The position numbers and the translations under genes are program-made. From Candidatus Altiarchaeota archaeon (GTDB lineage Archaea > SpSt-1190), in the NCBI GenBank assembly GCA_018220935.1, contig JAAOXU010000015.1, forward strand, positions 2,255 to 66,254: DNA of 64,000 nucleotides. Reading direction: 5' to 3'. Under the pieces are notes generated by a model. That model saw nothing but the letters and a program-made list of their open reading frames with translations, had not been told where the DNA came from and ran no database searches. This document shows, in pieces, positions 58,594 through 64,000 of this stretch (positions within the stretch are counted from its first letter, which is position 1; each line of letters begins with the position of its first letter).

Positions 58594-60051
58594 ATGCTCC
58601 CTATATCGACAGACATGCCAGGAAAAAACCGAATTTGTCCCACTTGTGCGTGTGAAGTGAGTTCAGATATTTGTGTAAAAGATAAGGTTAAGACTTTTTT
58701 TGTTGACAGTGTTGCTGGTAAATTTGTTAAACTTCGAGCCGAATATGGATCTCCTGGTACTTCTGAGTTGCTCAAATCATCTAAGTTTGGTTATGATTTA
58801 CGAACTAATATGGATGGTATAACTGATAAGCGTGCATTTGATTTAGACATTCAAACGTACATTAGGGCTTTGAGTGAAGTTGTTAAACCTAAAGTTTTAG
58901 TGTTTTCAAAAGACCATAGAGATAGTGGGGATTTACTACAGGCTGCATTTGAGACTTTTGCAAAAGAATCAGGTCTTGAATACGGAGTAGTATATGGACA
59001 TATTCCAACTACACCATCCTTTTTTGTGGCAGCGTCAATTGCGTATCAAACTAAAAAGTCAGTTCTTTCTTTACAAGCAACTGCATCTCATAATCCCCCT
59101 AACTACAACGGTATAAAGGCAATGGGGGGTAGTTATACACATAATATTTATCCAAAACATGTAGAATTTTCAAGTCAAATGAAAAGTGAAGATGTAATTG
59201 ACGCTTATCTTGATTGGTGTACTCGATTTAAACCATATGAAAAAGAAATAACGTTTGATATGAATAATGGTGCTGGGGCAACTATAATTCCAAAGATTGC
59301 AAGTAAACTATATCCAAAGGCTAGTCTCTTTAATGATAAACTCTTAGCTGATTTTGGTGGTAAAACTCCTGAGCCTGGTTGGTTTGTGGGTTGGACTGGT
59401 TTGGGTGTTGCGTATGATGGGGATGCTGACCGAGCACCATTCTACAATGATTCTAAGATGATTTTTTTCTCACAATTTTTGGCAGGTATGATAAAAGAAG
59501 ACTTAGTTGGTGAGAGAAAAGTTATTGCCGACCAACGGACTCCGCCAAGTTTAATTGATTATTTGACTGATCAAGGTGTAAAAATTAGTGTTGGTGATAT
59601 TGGTAGAACAAATCAAGCTGAAATTTCTAAGAAAAATAACGCATTTTGGTATGAAGAAAACTGGCATACTGGGGGTTATCCAGTGGGTAAAACGCGATTT
59701 TTCTGGGATGATGCTATTTATGCAACTTGTTTTTGGCTTGATAAATTGAATGTTCCAATTGAGAAATTACTTGAAGGTGTGCCAACTTTTGAATATACTG
59801 AAGAAAAATTCATTGTTGGTGCTGGCTTTAACTTAAATATTTTAAATACACTTGACTCAAAAGCTATCGACTATGTGAAATTACCTAGTGGTGGTGTTAG
59901 AGTTGAAGACAGTAAAGGTCATATATTGCTTCGTGAAAGTAATACTGAAATTGGAACTGTAAAATTACTCGCGACTGGTGTTGATAAGGATGCTTTAAAG
60001 ACTAAGTTAGAGTTTGGCAGGGAACTTATCACTTCCATAAAGGGGAAGTGA
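58594..60051 (+). CDS. Phosphoglucomutase/phosphomannomutase family protein
   Basis: It has the active-site motif TASHNPPNYNGIK and the metal motif DGDADR. Confidence 0.8.
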   Translation: MLPISTDMPGKNRICPTCACEVSSDICVKDKVKTFFVDSVAGKFVKLRAEYGSPGTSELLKSSKFGYDLRTNMDGITDKRAFDLDIQTYIRALSEVVKPKVLVFSKDHRDSGDLLQAAFETFAKESGLEYGVVYGHIPTTPSFFVAASIAYQTKKSVLSLQATASHNPPNYNGIKAMGGSYTHNIYPKHVEFSSQMKSEDVIDAYLDWCTRFKPYEKEITFDMNNGAGATIIPKIASKLYPKASLFNDKLLADFGGKTPEPGWFVGWTGLGVAYDGDADRAPFYNDSKMIFFSQFLAGMIKEDLVGERKVIADQRTPPSLIDYLTDQGVKISVGDIGRTNQAEISKKNNAFWYEENWHTGGYPVGKTRFFWDDAIYATCFWLDKLNVPIEKLLEGVPTFEYTEEKFIVGAGFNLNILNTLDSKAIDYVKLPSGGVRVEDSKGHILLRESNTEIGTVKLLATGVDKDALKTKLEFGRELITSIKGK

Positions 60052-61071
60052 ATTAACAATTTTTTCCATTCGTTTTTCGTCAAATACGCGAATAGCATCA
60101 AGTCCTGAAAATGAATCCCCTAAACCTGTGGTTATAGCAACAAAAGGTAAGCTTCTAGTTGGGACTACTCCGTTGGGTGAGCGCTTTAGGGGGAGTGTTA
60201 TGACTTGCTTATAATACCTTAAATCACCCATGGTCCAAGCCTCAATAATATCAATTAAAGGTCTCAGCAATTTTTTATTGGTTGATGTCACGTAGTCGAT
60301 GGTGTGAATTGTAACTCCGCACCCTAGTTCGTCCTTTATTTCTTTGGCATCAGTGCTCTTAGCATTAAACAAAATTTTTGCTTCCCTTTCATTCATACCA
60401 ATGTGATGTAGTTTTTTTTCTTCAATTAGTTTATCAATGGCGTAAGCCATATTTTCGTTGGGTTCTCCAACTTCTAGATACACTTTCATATTTTTCTGTA
60501 TCTTACTAATAACTTCATCAATTTTTTCTTTTTCTTTAATCAAGTGAAAACCTGAGAGTAATAATATTCCGTCTTTCATCTTAGACCAAAAAGATTTATC
60601 GATGTGACCTTCTGTTGTCATATCATCCCAACTTAAGATTGTTCTCTTGAATTGAGAGAGTGGTGGAAACAATTCTAGTGAAATATGTTCATAAATTGGA
60701 TCATCTCTTATGGCAGACTTAGAAGTTTTTTCTCTTACACCATGAAAACTTACGGGGAGATCATCAAAATATTTCATTAACTCTTTTGGTCTGTAAGGTG
60801 CTGAAAGGTGACAAGATATGCCTAATTTTCCCAAAAAATATGCAGCATTTCCTGCATTTCCACCAACCCGCGTTTCGCTTACATTTATGAATTTTTTTAG
60901 TGTGTTAAACGTGGTTTTTGTGACAAAATACTCTTTTCCGTGCTCCTTTATTCCCATACCCTTCAATTTCAGTAAAATATCCAAAGTTGCCCTAGAAACG
61001 GAGTCTAAATGTGTAAAAAGTCCAATCCAAAGAGGTTTTTGGCCGATGGAGCCCATTAAAGGGATTTTCAT
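60007..61071 (-). CDS. ADP-dependent sugar kinase (ADP-GK/ADP-PFK family, short)
   Basis: It has the GGNAGNAA motif and the C-terminal GLGDSFSG motif, both characteristic of ADP-dependent glucokinase/phosphofructokinase. Confidence 0.6.
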   Translation of the reverse strand: MKIPLMGSIGQKPLWIGLFTHLDSVSRATLDILLKLKGMGIKEHGKEYFVTKTTFNTLKKFINVSETRVGGNAGNAAYFLGKLGISCHLSAPYRPKELMKYFDDLPVSFHGVREKTSKSAIRDDPIYEHISLELFPPLSQFKRTILSWDDMTTEGHIDKSFWSKMKDGILLLSGFHLIKEKEKIDEVISKIQKNMKVYLEVGEPNENMAYAIDKLIEEKKLHHIGMNEREAKILFNAKSTDAKEIKDELGCGVTIHTIDYVTSTNKKLLRPLIDIIEAWTMGDLRYYKQVITLPLKRSPNGVVPTRSLPFVAITTGLGDSFSGLDAIRVFDEKRMEKIVNSLPLYGSDKFPAKL

Positions 61072-61119
61072 TATAAAGATGTATCATAACCTTATATTTT
61101 ATTTTGATGTCATTTTATT

Positions 61120-62067
61120 GTGAATGAGTTACGTAAGCACTACTTTTTAGATCGGTGGGTTATTGTTTCTAAAGATAGGGCTAGTAGGCCTCATAATTTA
61201 GAGGTTAGAGAAGTCAATATAAGACAAAAAACTTGTCCACTTGATAGGGAAACCCTTGATATGCCTATAGTTGACAAAATTGGGGAACCTTGGACTGTTG
61301 CTTCAATACTAAATAAATATCCCGCTCTAACTACTGATGTTCCACTTGATGTCGAAGATGGATTTTTTGAAACTAAAGGTGCATATGGGAGTCACGAAGT
61401 TATAATTGATCACTATCTGCACAAAAATTTAGAGGATTTTTCTGATGAACATATAACTAATTTAATTGAAATTTATGCGAGAAGGACTAAGTATCATATG
61501 GGTAATGATAAGATTCAATATGTTAGTGTTTTTAGAAATAGTGGTGCTGATGCGGGGGCTAGTATTGCTCATCCACATTCTCAACTAGTTGCACTCCCTG
61601 TTGTCCCGCGTCAAATTTATAGGGAGCGCGGTAAACTTGACGAGTATTTTAAGATGCATGGTGAGAATGCCTTTGACACTATATACAGAGAAGAAAAGAA
61701 TGGGCCGCGTATGTTATTTGAGACTCTTAACTTTTTTGTTATTGCACCTTTTGCTTCTATTTTTCAAGGGGAAACTTGGATTATTTCTAAACAAAATGTT
61801 AGGACGCTTTTTGAACTGAGTAAGGAACAAAAACAAGACCTTGCTCTTACCTTAAAAAAAACAATTAAAGGAATCCAAAAAGTATTTCCAGGGGTCTCGT
61901 ATAATTTTGCAGTTCATCAAGCACCAAGGGGGAGAGACTTCCGGTTACATCTTGAAATTATGCCAAGACTAAACAAATTTGCGGGTTTTGAACTTAGTAA
62001 TGATATGTACATGAATACCCTCCCTCCCGAAAATTATGCACAAGAGTTTAGGGAGGCAATTAAGTGA
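61120..62067 (+). CDS. galT: Galactose-1-phosphate uridylyltransferase-like HIT family enzyme (GalT/NDP-glucose phosphorylase type)
   Basis: It has the active-site HPHSQ (the H-x-H-x-Q of GalT) and two half-barrel HIT-like domains. Confidence 0.65.
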   Translation: MNELRKHYFLDRWVIVSKDRASRPHNLEVREVNIRQKTCPLDRETLDMPIVDKIGEPWTVASILNKYPALTTDVPLDVEDGFFETKGAYGSHEVIIDHYLHKNLEDFSDEHITNLIEIYARRTKYHMGNDKIQYVSVFRNSGADAGASIAHPHSQLVALPVVPRQIYRERGKLDEYFKMHGENAFDTIYREEKNGPRMLFETLNFFVIAPFASIFQGETWIISKQNVRTLFELSKEQKQDLALTLKKTIKGIQKVFPGVSYNFAVHQAPRGRDFRLHLEIMPRLNKFAGFELSNDMYMNTLPPENYAQEFREAIK

Positions 62068-63752
62068 CGACACTTTTTGAAGTTAGTTTTGAATGTGGTA
62101 ATAAGGTTGGGGGTATTTGGACTGTTATTACTTCTAAATCCGCCTTTATACAAAAAAACTTCCCAAATTATTACACAATTGGCTTTTACAATCCTGACAA
62201 TACTGAAGTTATTGAAAAACCGGCTCCACCCTTCTTAAAAAAGGCATTCTCGACGCTTTCAAAAAAAGGTATCACGTGTAAATTTGGTAGTTGGATCTAT
62301 GCAAATGATTCAAATATTATTCTAGTTGATGCGAAAAAATTTCAAAAAGAAGTGAATGCGATTAAGGGTTTATTATGGGAAAAATTTGGTATTGATTCAC
62401 TCGATGCGGGATTTGATTTTGATGAACCTCTTGCGTGGAGTTATGCAATTGGAATGTTAATCGAAGAGATTACAAAAAATAATCCAGGAAAAAATATTGT
62501 ACAACTTCATGAGTGGCTAACTGGGGGTGCACTTTTATACCTAAAACTTAAAAATATTAATGCACATACTGTTTTTACAACCCATGCAACAGTTTTAGGT
62601 AGGGCAACTGGTGGTAACATTCCAAAAAAACCAGATGAAGAAGCTAGAAAAAGAAACGTTACTGCAAAGCACTTACTTGAAAAAGCCGCCGCACGCAATG
62701 CTGACGTATTTACAACAGTTAGTGATGCAACTGGTGTAGAAGCTGAAAAAATTTTGGGACGAAAACCTGATATTATAACATATAATGCCATGGGGAAAGT
62801 TAGTGACCTTGCAAGCCTAATGAAAGATAAAGTCATGTACAGAAAGAAAATTGATGAGTTTGTTCGTGCATATTTCTTTCCATACTACCCCCTTAATCTA
62901 AAAGACTATCCTGTAATTTATACTGCTGGGAGATATGAATTTCTTAACAAGGGTTATGACGCATACATTGATTCACTCGGATTAGTGAATAAAAAACTAA
63001 AAGAAATCAATTACAAGGGTTGGGTCTTGGCGTTTATTTTAGTCCCTGCTGGTACACTTGGTGTCAAAGAAGAAGTTAGTCAAAACTTTTCATTTTACAA
63101 ACGAATGAAAGAAGTTCTAAAAGAAGATGTTGAAAAAATTAGTGAAGAAGTTTATTCACTGCAATCTGAAGATGATGTTGCAAGTCACTTGAGTGAAATT
63201 TTAGTTGATTTAAAGAAGCTAAAATCGCGAATAGCTACTAGACAAGGTAAAAACCCCCCAATTTGCGCTTTTCAGCTCTCTTCTGGTGAAAATAATGATG
63301 AGATTATAAAAAGATTAATCCAAAATGATTTATTGAATCGTCCTGAAGACAAAGTCAAGGTAGTGTACTTTCCCACATATATCAATAAACAAGATGATTT
63401 ACTAGGTCTCAAATATAAGGACTTTTTAATTGCTGCTAGTATGGGTGTATTCTTGAGTCGATATGAACCTTGGGGGTATACTCCAATGGAGGCGGCTTCA
63501 TACTTAAGTTCATCAATTACAACTAAAACTGCCGGGTTTGGTATGGCACTCTCAAAATTAAATCAACTAAGGGGTATATACTTGACTGATGCAAATTCTC
63601 CAAAAGAAACGTCTCAAATAATTTCTGATTTTATTTTACTTAGTAAAAATGAACGATTGGATCTAGAAGTTGATGCACATAAAGTAATTTTAAAAAATTT
63701 TATTTGGGATACTTTAGGTACTCGATATCTTAAAGCATATTCTAAACTTTAA
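62064..63752 (+). CDS. Glycogen (starch) synthase, GT3 family (eukaryotic-like)
   Basis: The N-terminus FEVSFECGNKVGGIWTVITSKS matches the GT3 glycogen synthase start (FE.AWEVANKVGGIYTV). It overlaps the galT-like gene by 4 nt. Confidence 0.65.
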   Translation: MTTLFEVSFECGNKVGGIWTVITSKSAFIQKNFPNYYTIGFYNPDNTEVIEKPAPPFLKKAFSTLSKKGITCKFGSWIYANDSNIILVDAKKFQKEVNAIKGLLWEKFGIDSLDAGFDFDEPLAWSYAIGMLIEEITKNNPGKNIVQLHEWLTGGALLYLKLKNINAHTVFTTHATVLGRATGGNIPKKPDEEARKRNVTAKHLLEKAAARNADVFTTVSDATGVEAEKILGRKPDIITYNAMGKVSDLASLMKDKVMYRKKIDEFVRAYFFPYYPLNLKDYPVIYTAGRYEFLNKGYDAYIDSLGLVNKKLKEINYKGWVLAFILVPAGTLGVKEEVSQNFSFYKRMKEVLKEDVEKISEEVYSLQSEDDVASHLSEILVDLKKLKSRIATRQGKNPPICAFQLSSGENNDEIIKRLIQNDLLNRPEDKVKVVYFPTYINKQDDLLGLKYKDFLIAASMGVFLSRYEPWGYTPMEAASYLSSSITTKTAGFGMALSKLNQLRGIYLTDANSPKETSQIISDFILLSKNERLDLEVDAHKVILKNFIWDTLGTRYLKAYSKL

Positions 63753-64000
63753 CTATGCTTTAGTTAGTTTATCATTGACTAAAGATTTTAAGTCTTGTAA
63801 AATGTTCATGAAATTGGTAAATGCGTCATATGGTCCTTGATACGCTTCAGCTCTAAAATAACTATGAACCTCTTCATCTCCTGCAAATTTGGTACTCATA
63901 TAATACAAATGATCACTGGTTGAAAGTTTTCTCCACGTTTCAATTAAAGACAAATCTTTTGTAGCTTTTACTGGGAGTTCAAGTTCGCGTAAGAAATTAA
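63753..64000 (-). CDS. Hypothetical protein, partial (3' end; 5' end extends past the window end)
   Basis: The ORF is open to the window edge. Confidence 0.35.
   Translation of the reverse strand, partial: NFLRELELPVKATKDLSLIETWRKLSTSDHLYYMSTKFAGDEEVHSYFRAEAYQGPYDAFTNFMNILQDLKSLVNDKLTKA

Overview
This is an AT-rich (about 33% GC) archaeal chromosomal segment, densely packed with genes, most likely from a small-genome DPANN-like archaeon. Archaeal hallmark genes present include Topo VI-A, LonB, aRF1, Nop5/fibrillarin, RpoH, Taw1, aTrm56, Elp3, L15e, an archaeal-type ProRS and a two-Cys-pair PDO. Several of the proteins are unusually short (Nop5 315 aa, aRF1 352 aa, Elp3 447 aa).

The window is dominated by translation and RNA-modification genes: four complete aaRS genes plus the C-terminal end of a fifth (five in total), a standalone 5S rRNA, a tRNA-Gly(TCC) and a textbook C/D-box sRNA. 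It also carries isoprenoid and lipid genes (long-form HMG-CoA synthase, GGPP synthase, UPP synthase, CDP-alcohol phosphatidyltransferase), 2-oxoacid:ferredoxin oxidoreductase with a ferredoxin, and a compact glycogen and sugar-nucleotide cluster (phosphoglucomutase, ADP-dependent sugar kinase, GalT-like HIT enzyme, GT3 glycogen synthase).

I found no CRISPR array, integrase, transposase or prophage signature. Features that look previously undescribed or unannotated are:
- a tightly coupled pair of RimK-type ATP-grasp ligases with an FGase/M14-like amidohydrolase;
- a HerA/FtsK-like P-loop ATPase fused to a winged-helix domain;
- a SAP-motif N-terminal extension on RpoH;
- an unannotated 51-aa zinc-ribbon protein;
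- a 73-aa membrane micro-ORF wedged between nop5 and the fibrillarin gene;
- recurring GC-rich tandem hairpins (CCCAC-N3-GTGGG and CCCG-N4-5-CGGG) in an otherwise AT-rich genome;
- a palindromic AAGCTT-T7-AAGCTT element present twice, once beside the tRNA.
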